DNA of 64,000 bases from positions 205,731 to 269,730 of the IMG/VR virus record IMGVR_UViG_3300017917_002434. One strand, given 5' to 3'. A program made the translations under genes and the position numbers. This document shows, piece by piece, positions 1 through 9,400 of this stretch. The notes beneath the pieces were generated by a model. That model was not told where the DNA came from, made no database searches, and saw only the letters and a list, made by a program, of their open reading frames with translations. The number at the start of each line of letters is the position of its first letter. Positions within the stretch are counted from its first letter, which is position 1.

Positions 1-1167
1 ATAGTTAAAACCTACGAGGCTGTCACCGAATATTGTGGGTTCTCGGCTATCGAAGCAGGGAAAACCATGGGATTATTTCCCTATGGTAAACCTAACGATA
101 AAATTCCTAAGTTGTTCGATTTTACTTCGAAGGTTCCGTTGTCTAATAGGAATCTAATCGTGCCTGCCTATCCATCTTCTTCTATAGTTAACAGTGCTTT
201 GTTTGACTATCTAGATGAAGTACCTGTAGAAGGTGAAGATGTTACTAAATTACAGAGTCGTAGAGACCTAGCCTACGCTTGCCAGACTCAAACACAAGAA
301 CAGGTAGTTCGTTTAATTCGTAAAGCAGTTGAAATAAGCGGAAAGAAGAATGTAGTAATCAGCGGAGGCTACGGATTAAATTGTGTAGCAAATTATCATT
401 ATCTAGAACAGCTAAAAGATGAAGGCATCAAGATTTATGTTGAGCCTATCAGTAATGATGCTGGTACTGCTATGGGTGCTGGAATGATGTTCTGGAGAGC
501 TTTGTCGGATAGCAGAGAAAAACAAAAATTGGATACTCTGTATCTAGGTCCTGAGTATACATATTCTGATAGAGAAATCCAAGAAAAAGTTAATTATGCT
601 GGCGGAGAAGTTGTAGATGCTACTAATAAAGATGTTGTAAAACTACTCCGTGAAAAGAACATTGTGACGATCTTTCAAGGCCGTTCAGAAAATGGTCCAC
701 GTGCTCTAGGAAACCGTTCTGTGCTGTTTGACCCAACATTCGAAGACGGTAAAGATTTTGTCAATACTGTAAAACGTAGAGAGTATTTCCGCCCATTTGC
801 CGGTAGTATTATACACGATCACGTACATGATTGGTTCGATCTCAGAGGCATGGACGAAACCCCCCATATGATGTACGCTGTAAATTGTAAGCCCGGGGTA
901 GCAGAAAAAATTCCTAGTATTATACATGTCGACGGCACATGTAGAATACAGAGTGTAAAACGTGATCAAAATCCTCACTACTACGATCTTATCAAAGAAT
1001 TCTACGATCAAACAGGAATTCCTATCATTTTTAACACCAGCTTTAATCTAGGCGGCGATCCACTAGTTGAAACGCTAGACGATGCTATCGAGACATTGGT
1101 TAAGAGTGATATCGAGTATCTGTTTTTACCTGAATACGGTAAGCTGATCAAGATCGCTAATAGCTAA
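1..1167 (+). CDS. Carbamoyltransferase, NodU/CmcH/TobZ family (5' end outside window)
   Basis: Frame is open from base 1. Motifs GKTMGLFPYG, SGGYGLNCVAN, DAGTAMGA, GPRALGNRS, KRREYFRPFA, HVDGTCRIQ and NTSFN are present. Confidence 0.93.
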   Translation: MVKTYEAVTEYCGFSAIEAGKTMGLFPYGKPNDKIPKLFDFTSKVPLSNRNLIVPAYPSSSIVNSALFDYLDEVPVEGEDVTKLQSRRDLAYACQTQTQEQVVRLIRKAVEISGKKNVVISGGYGLNCVANYHYLEQLKDEGIKIYVEPISNDAGTAMGAGMMFWRALSDSREKQKLDTLYLGPEYTYSDREIQEKVNYAGGEVVDATNKDVVKLLREKNIVTIFQGRSENGPRALGNRSVLFDPTFEDGKDFVNTVKRREYFRPFAGSIIHDHVHDWFDLRGMDETPHMMYAVNCKPGVAEKIPSIIHVDGTCRIQSVKRDQNPHYYDLIKEFYDQTGIPIIFNTSFNLGGDPLVETLDDAIETLVKSDIEYLFLPEYGKLIKIANS

Positions 1168-1168
1168 T

Positions 1169-1193
1169 AAAACCCCCGTTTTAGGGGGTTTTT
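1169..1193 (+). terminator. Rho-independent terminator
   Basis: AAAACCCCC-GTTTTA-GGGGGTTTTT directly after the stop codon. Confidence 0.8.
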
Positions 1194-1239
1194 AGTTTCT
1201 CCAAAAATCAGTTAAATATAAGATACAACGAGCGTAACT

Positions 1240-2814
1240 ATGACTGATTTTACCAAGTACTTTGGCAGTGGTGTAAAAAATACTCTGTTTCTTAAAAACG
1301 GAGTAAACTTCTTTAATAGAGGGCCATGGCGTCAAATCTTTGCCGACACAGAAATTGATCGCTGGTATGTGGGTGATTTTGCCGCAGCACAGTATATTAT
1401 TTCTGTGGAATTCGATTCACAGAAAAAAGAAACAATGTCAATACTGGTGGTTGCTAGACCTGACCAAGCCAGCTATACGATATACGGGCGTGCCTCTATA
1501 GATGATCCATTGATTACTGTTTCGGCTACAGTCAATGACAGTTATCTCAGTCTAAAATTATCTCCAATAATCGACGATTACGAAGGCGTTCGTGCGATCT
1601 ATTTTGCTCAATACTTCGCTACATTGACTGATCTAGAAAGACCCACACCTTTAACTTATCTAGTAGATGAAGGAAATATAGGTGGCGGTGGTGGTGGCGG
1701 TGGACAAATACCCGACGGCGGAGGATCTGGAGGAAGCAATGCTAATCTCTCCGCTATAGATAGAACTTTAACTCCTACTTCAGACGGAACATTTGATGTA
1801 GGTATTGCTTTAAAAAGATTCAGAGATCTCTATCTTAAAAATACAATAAATCTAGACGGTGCTGTAATTTCTAAAAACATAGGCGGTAGCATTGAGTTAC
1901 CAGAAGGAACTACTGTTGGCGGAAATGAGTTAAAATCTTTTGGCACTATTTCTGTAGCAGGCGAAAACGACGTTGACAGTATATCGTTAAATGATAATCT
2001 AACTTTGATAGCCGGCTCTGGCATGACTATCACTACAAATTCGTCAAATAGAAGTATCACACTTTCTAGTTCAGGTGGTGGCGGTGGAGGTGGGGGCGTA
2101 TCGGCTAACGCTTTCGGAGTGATAAGTGTAGCAGGTCAATCAACTATCAGAGCCGACTCCGCCTCGGATACTCTAACTTTTGTAGCAGGTTCAGGAATAT
2201 CTATAACAACCAACGCAACCAGCGATAGAATTACTATTACCAACACAGGCGGATCTAGTGGTGGCGGTGGTGGTGGCGGAACTGCTACAGATATTATAGT
2301 ATCTGAAGTTCTCGATGGCGTATATCCGATGGTGATCGCCGAAGGAACAGATCCTATATCCGGACAAAGTTTATACGCTAGCTCTGGAGTGACTTTAGAA
2401 GTCACGACCAGTACATTAAATGTTACAGCAACAACAGCTAAATGGGCTGACTTAGCAGAAAAATATTTGGCTGATCGTGCCTACGAACCAGGGACTGTAC
2501 TAGAGTTCGGCGGAGACAAAGAAGTCACACTAGCAGAAGATTCTACACGTAGAGTAGCAGGAGTAGTTTCGACCAATCCAGCATTCGTAATGAATGAAAA
2601 CCTCCAAGGTGAAACAGTAGTAAAATTAGCATTACAGGGTCGTGTTCCTTGTAAAGTCAGAGGAAAAATACGCAAGGGAGACATGTTAGTAAGTGGAGGG
2701 GGTGGTTATGCCAGACCATGTAATGACCCAATGCTAGGTACGGTAATAGGAAAAGCTCTAGAAGATTTTGACGAAGTGTCGGGAATCATAGAGGTTGTAG
2801 TTGGCAGATTATAA
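1240..2814 (+). CDS. Tail fibre/spike-like structural protein with C-terminal intramolecular-chaperone-like domain
   Basis: Poly-Gly linkers and two FGxISVAG..xLTxxAGSG repeats. The C-terminal WADLAEKY..YEPGTV..VSTNPAFVMN..GRVPCKV..IGKALE block is typical of phage fibre C-termini. Confidence 0.7.
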   Translation: MTDFTKYFGSGVKNTLFLKNGVNFFNRGPWRQIFADTEIDRWYVGDFAAAQYIISVEFDSQKKETMSILVVARPDQASYTIYGRASIDDPLITVSATVNDSYLSLKLSPIIDDYEGVRAIYFAQYFATLTDLERPTPLTYLVDEGNIGGGGGGGGQIPDGGGSGGSNANLSAIDRTLTPTSDGTFDVGIALKRFRDLYLKNTINLDGAVISKNIGGSIELPEGTTVGGNELKSFGTISVAGENDVDSISLNDNLTLIAGSGMTITTNSSNRSITLSSSGGGGGGGGVSANAFGVISVAGQSTIRADSASDTLTFVAGSGISITTNATSDRITITNTGGSSGGGGGGGTATDIIVSEVLDGVYPMVIAEGTDPISGQSLYASSGVTLEVTTSTLNVTATTAKWADLAEKYLADRAYEPGTVLEFGGDKEVTLAEDSTRRVAGVVSTNPAFVMNENLQGETVVKLALQGRVPCKVRGKIRKGDMLVSGGGGYARPCNDPMLGTVIGKALEDFDEVSGIIEVVVGRL

Positions 2815-2835
2815 CACCAATAAATACTAGGTAAA

Positions 2836-3411
2836 ATGACAGTACAGACAAAACAATTTAGAACTGAATTTGGTTACAGAAGTCCGGGATTCCTCGTAGA
2901 TCAGGAAGGCGATCTAACGGCATTATCTATAACTACCTCAAATGTCAATGCTACTACGATAAGCATAAGTGGTTCGGCAGTGATCGATACTAATCGATTA
3001 ACAGAAACTATAAGAAATAGTAGTTTAGAAACACTAGGAACATTACAAAATTTAACAGTAAACGGTGACGTATTACTGAAAAAGAATAATATAAATCGGC
3101 TGACCCTGATAAATGGCAGATTAGTAATTAACAGTCTAGCCACAGGAGCAATAGATAATGTTGATATAGGTCAAACTACACCTGGTAAAGTAGATACCTA
3201 TCAATTAAATGTGGTAGAAAATAACGGCGTAAATGGTGAATTAGTTGCCGATGGTGCTAACATATCGTTTGATGCTGCTACTATAACCGGTACTGTTACT
3301 TATATAGAAAATATTTCTATCAATGCGGTTCCTACATCAGGTCAACATGCCGCTCGTAAAGATTATGTAGATAATTCAGTCATCGCTTTCGCGGTGGCAT
3401 TTGGAGCCTAA
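2836..3411 (+). CDS. Virion structural protein (fibre-associated)
   Basis: Upstream TAAATA late box (2821-2826). Beta-rich, with a C-terminal HAARKDYVD motif common in phage tail proteins. Confidence 0.55.
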   Translation: MTVQTKQFRTEFGYRSPGFLVDQEGDLTALSITTSNVNATTISISGSAVIDTNRLTETIRNSSLETLGTLQNLTVNGDVLLKKNNINRLTLINGRLVINSLATGAIDNVDIGQTTPGKVDTYQLNVVENNGVNGELVADGANISFDAATITGTVTYIENISINAVPTSGQHAARKDYVDNSVIAFAVAFGA

Positions 3412-3420
3412 GGATAAAAG

Positions 3421-6400
3421 ATGGCAAAGAGAAAAATAGACAATTATACATTTAGACCGGGTATCAGTTACCTGGGAAATCTGTATCCAGATGAATGGCA
3501 GAGCTTTTCTGATAACGTGCCGTTTATCAAAGCAGAACTAACAGCCTATTTAAACTATAGGATAGACATCGACACTGAGGTAAATCTGTATCCAAATGCT
3601 GTCCGTATTTTAGAAAACAATATTAATTTTATCAAAGAAGAAGCGACTGCTTGGATAGCTACACAGGTAGCAGGTAACTTTCCTGGATTTGTAGGTTATA
3701 CTTACGATTCAGCCAAATGTAAAAGAGACATTGGATTTGTTTTAACCGCTTATATCCATGATGTTAGATACGGAGGTAATGAAGACACTAGAACCATAGT
3801 CGGAAAATACTGGATCAACAATGAGCCACAGGTCGATGGGGATCGTCAGGCTGAGGTTAAAACTCACGAGTTTATCAGAGATCTTATAACAGATTACATT
3901 TTGCCTCTAGCTTCGTACACACCATTACAGCTTATCGCAACTAGATACACAACAGGACCAGCAGCCGAGGCCAACGCAGCAGCCCGTATAGATACCCTTT
4001 CAGCAATCACGACCACAGTAATCGCTAATGGCTTATCGTCGATGCCAGCGATATCTTATAAATCTGCTCCATACGAAAATTATACATTTAATTCTGAAAA
4101 ATGTCAGAGAGATCTTGGCTACGTACTAGATGCTTACTTACATGACTTGCGTTATGGCGGAAACGAACAGACTCGACTCACGATACAAAAATACTACGAC
4201 AACGGAGTACTACAAGTCGACGGCAGCGGCCAAGCTGAAGTTGAAGGTCATGAATTTGTAAGAGATCTTATTATTAATAATATCATGCAGAATGAAGCCG
4301 GTACGATATTGTATCCTGAAGCTGTGAGATTATTAACGCTGAACAAGGCCTATTTACAAAATGAAATCTTAGGATGGATCGCTAATGAAGTCACTGAAGC
4401 TACTAAATGCGAAAGAGATATTGGATATCTTATCGATGGAGCACAATATGACATAGTACTAGGCACAAATTACAATGCTTTATTTTTAGGCTTAGCAGAA
4501 TTCAACTCTTTAGATAATGATTTTTTCGTTATCGACACTATACAAAGAACTAAAACAGCCATAGCAGCTCTACCTAATGTTGCTGCGAGTACCGCAGCAG
4601 TGGCTAGAAATAATGCTTTCTTCAATGAAGTAGTTGACATAATCCAGAATGGTAGAGGAAGTGCTAATGAATTAGTGTTAGCCGAACCAAGTAATGCTAC
4701 AGTCAGTAGGATCGCAGCTAAAAATCAACTTGTAGCCAATAAAAATTTCTTAGCCGCAGAAGTTAATGCGTGGGTAGCAGAGCAATATCCTACAGCTGAT
4801 CATGATCCTGTAAAATGTTCTAGAGACGTTAAGTATGCTATCGATGCCTTATGCTACGATATCTTATATGGCGGAAACTCGGCTACTTACGATCAGGCTA
4901 GATTTTTCTTTTACGGTTTCTCTAGCGGAGCTCCAGGCATTGATCCTACTCATAGATTACAAACTGTAGCTGCCTATGTACATCTAAAACAAGTTATCGG
5001 TCAAGTGGTACAGAATCAAACGGTTACTAAGACCACAGGCAATACCTTAACACAGAATCAAACATTTCCAGCAGCCAGTTCGTCGGATGCTATTATCTGT
5101 CAAAATCTAGTACAGATCACAGCAGATGTTGTAGCAGCGACAACACAAACACAGGCAAATACGATTTTATCCGGTATTGTAAGATCAGTTCCTAGCATCA
5201 CATTCGCGACTTCTGCTTTACAGACAGCTTTTAATGCGATAACAACAGCTAAAACATCTGTGATAAATTCTGTTGTTGTTTTCAAAGGATATACCTATGA
5301 TTCTGCCAAGTGTATCAGAGATTCTGGCTTTGTCATAGATGCCCTAATCTATGACTTAGAAAATAACGGTAACGAAGAATCAAGACGAATAGCCCAGAAA
5401 TACTATATAGATGGAGTTTTTCAAGTTGACGGATCCCGTATTCCTGAAATAGCCAGCTATAGATTTTTACAAGAAACGATCAAGAATTATATTTTTCCAA
5501 GAGTAAATGCTCCTGATTATCAGATTGTATATCCTCAGATATTAACAGCACCATCTGCTGAAGTAGGTGCCTACGCAAGAATTACTGAACTAACAGATGT
5601 GTTTATTAATTTTCTAAAAGATGGTCCTAGTAGTTTACCAGCACTGTCTCAGAGAACTGTTCCTTATCAAACAGTAGAACAGCAGGTAGTTGACACTACC
5701 AAAGCCTACGATCCTGATGCTGGCACAGCTATTTTAGCACTTTCAAATGCTCTAGTTAACATCATAGAACAAGGTCTCGGAGCATTGCCTGTTAAAGAAA
5801 GTGCTGGATATGGTTTGATCAAATTTCAGGGTGTTGTAAGATTAGAAGACCTTTTACTAATCACAAATACTACAAAAAATGTAGTTATCTATAATTTCTC
5901 TAGCAATACTGCTGGCGGCGAAATTGTGCCAGAGTTTGACGGCGATGACGATTTCATAGCGTTCAAACAGGTTACAGATCGAGTTATTCATCTACGATTA
6001 AATGTTGATACATCGACTATGGATGAAACTGACGAGCTACAGATATTTGCTGAAGCCCCGGAAATGAAAGTTCGTCCGTACGATTTTGGTACAGATGCTA
6101 TCGAACGTCATAGAGTTGCTTCGCCTCAGTCAATGCTTGACGCTGACTTCGAATATGGTCTACAACCAACTAAGTGGCAGGCTATTGGTATCGCCAGAGG
6201 TTATCCATCAGTGTATGAAGTACCAGGATCAGATTTTGAAGTTGTGTCTATAACAACCGATGCGTCATTTCCTAACAACGGTGTAGGTGCTTCGACTATA
6301 ACTGTAACCACAGCAGCACCGCACGGATTATCAGCTGGTACACCGGTTACAGTGGCTGGTCTTGACACAGCGATCTCTGGTATCAGTAGAGCAGAGGGAG

Positions 6401-9400
6401 CGTTTGTCTTAGTAACTATCCCGACTCCTACTACATTTACATATTTTGCCAAGTCTAGAGTAGGTACTACCTCAGGAACCAGTTTAAAAACTACCTATAC
6501 TCAGATTAGAAAAGGCGGATTTTACACAGGGGCATCCATAGGTTTACCGACTATCAACTTGTTATCTAACGGGACATCGGGAACTTTTGTAACACAATTT
6601 GATACTCCGGCTGCGACATCTCGAATAGCTATCGCCAGCGGTAATATTCCAAGCGTAGGATCACCTATGAATGCCGCAGTAGGTATCGGGTTTGGTTCTC
6701 AGGTCACTGCCGTAGTCGGTGCTGGGGGTGTCGTAGTGACTCCCACTGTGTTAGGGGACTATGCTCCAACACTATTAGGTCTTACTACTCTTACCGTAGC
6801 TAGTACCAGCGGTATAGTGATTGGTTTAGGTGCCAATGATCAGACTGGATCGTCGACGTTCGTTGAATCTATAGTAGGAACTAATGTAACATTTACTAGA
6901 CCTTTTTCCGGTGCTGTGATAGGAAATACCACTACCTATACAGAATTAACCGGAACCAACGAAATATCTATCGGTTCAGCAGCAACATTCAATGTCGTTG
7001 GTAGCTCGGCAGGTTACATTTCTGTAGCCGTTAATTCAGGAGGCAGCGATTATCAAGTAGGAGATGTATTAAGAATAGTAGGAACTGATCTTACAGGAAC
7101 AACGCCAGCTAACGATCTATTGATCAAAGTAGCTACAGTATCCGGTGGTGCTATTTTAACTGCCGACGTTATTTCTGGAACTAGTGTAATGTCGTCACCT
7201 AACGAAACTATTAGCGGCATTAATAATAGTTCTTATACTGCTACTAGTCCAGACAGTACCATAGGTTCTGGAGCTACTTTTGACGTAACTAGAAACGGCA
7301 CAGCTTTTACATCAGTAATCAATGCCGGTGGTACTGGATACGTCAAGGGAACAGAGTTTCTAATCTTAGGAACTGTATTTACAAATAACACTACTCCGGC
7401 TAACGATGTAGAAATCACAGTTACCCAGACCACAGCAACATTTACTGGTCTATTACAAGATGCGACTACACTATCTGGTAGCTCGGCACAATTTAGTATA
7501 ACTAGGATCGGTGCTACCTATACCAGTTTGGTAGTTTCATTCGCTGGTAGCGGTTATGCCCTAGGAGAGATCGTTACGATCTACGGAACCCAACTAGGGG
7601 GCAACAATCCTTCAAACGATCTTCAGATCCAGGTTGACAACGTAGGCGGGGGCGGTGAAATTATCGCAGCGTCGCTGGTCAGCGGACTTGTAGCTAATGA
7701 AGATGCTCCTGGTGTAATTTCTCAGATATCTACCGCAGGTACAGGTGATAATAGAACAACTATTAATAATGTCCCAGTTCTAATAGTTCCAGGATCAGGA
7801 ATTAACTGTGAATTTTCTATAACTAGAACCGCCAGCGGTTATACAAACGTAGTAGTAACAGATGGAGGCACTGCCTACCTACCAGGAAATAGAATTAGGA
7901 TCCTAGGCAGCGACCTTGGGGGAGCAAACACAACTAATGATGCTATTGTTTCAGTGACTTCTGTTGACTCTATCACCGGAGCAATTACCGCAGCTACAGT
8001 AACTGGAACTGGTGTAGCAGGTATCAATTTACAGTTATATTCATCTGTGACTCTCAGCGAATTTACTACAGCTACTATAGCTTCGAGTACCAGCCTAGGC
8101 TTTGGTACCCTAGCGACTTTACAGATAATTTTTCAAGAGCCGCATGGTATACCACCCGGGGGATCATTTATCGTTACTGTGAGTTCAGACAACGGATCTA
8201 ACAATCATGCGTTAGCCAATGGATCTTTCTCTGCTACTCAGATACCTACAAGAAACACTATTACTTTCCAGGCTAGATCTCCGGGCGTTATCACAGGAGC
8301 ACCTATTACCGGAGTCGTATACCCAAGACCGGACAGTTTCTTCACACATAGACCGTTTGACGGCGGTGTACAACTAGGTACTGGCGGTCCACAACACGGT
8401 GTACAGGCTATACGACAGAGTAAAAAATATATTCGTTATCAATCTGGTAAAGGTGTAATGTATACAACGGGTGCTCTGTTTGCTCCAAGTTATGATGTAT
8501 TGTCTATATTGGCAACAGATGTCGAAGTTGGAGCTACCATAGAAATCACCTTAGGTGATAATGATCACGGGTTACAGCGTGGTGCTGTGATTAGACTCAG
8601 CGGAGTCTTAACTGGAGGTTACGATGGCGATTATGAAGTAGATGAAATCGTCAGCGAACGTACATTTAGAATAATCGCTACGAAGCGTGTAGGTTCTAGA
8701 AAACCGTCATTGAGCTTCAGCTGTCAAATTTCTACACTACGTTGGAAGGGTGCGGTAGTACGTGCCGGAGTGTTTGATGATCAAAATGGAATATTCTGGG
8801 AATATGACGGACAGACATTATGGGCCGTTCAGCGTACTTCTACTAAACAATTAGCAGGTACGATCTCAGTTAACGCTGGCTCAAACAGGATCACAGGACT
8901 GAACAGTAGATTTAGAGATCAATTAAAAGCCGGTGACGCTGTTACTATCAGAGGTATGACACACATCGTAACTCACGTCGACAGCCAAACTTCGATGACT
9001 GTTAACCCAGATTATCGCGGCGTCAGCAATGTGTCAAACGCTAAGATGAGTTTAATTTCAGAAGTACGTGTACAACAACGAGATTTCAACAAAGATAGAT
9101 TAGACGGAACAGGTCCTAGCGGATACGATCTAGATATTACCAAGATGCAGATGATCGGAATCCAATATTCATGGTACGGTGCTGGTTTTATTGACTTCAT
9201 GTTGCGAGGATCTGATGGAAATTATGTGTTCGCCCATAGAATGAGAAATTCGAATATCAATACCGAAGCTTATATGAGAACAGGTAACTTGCCTGTGAGA
9301 TATGAAGTTTCAAACTACGGTGCGACCAGCAGATTAGTTGGAGACATTGGAAACACATCTACAGAGTTAACTCTCGAAAGCATAGCAGGATTCCCTACTA

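Noticed and set aside
1681-2280. GGT/GGC runs as possible phase-variable simple sequence repeats
   Set aside because: They are mixed Gly codons in frame, encoding poly-Gly linkers rather than pure slippage tracts.
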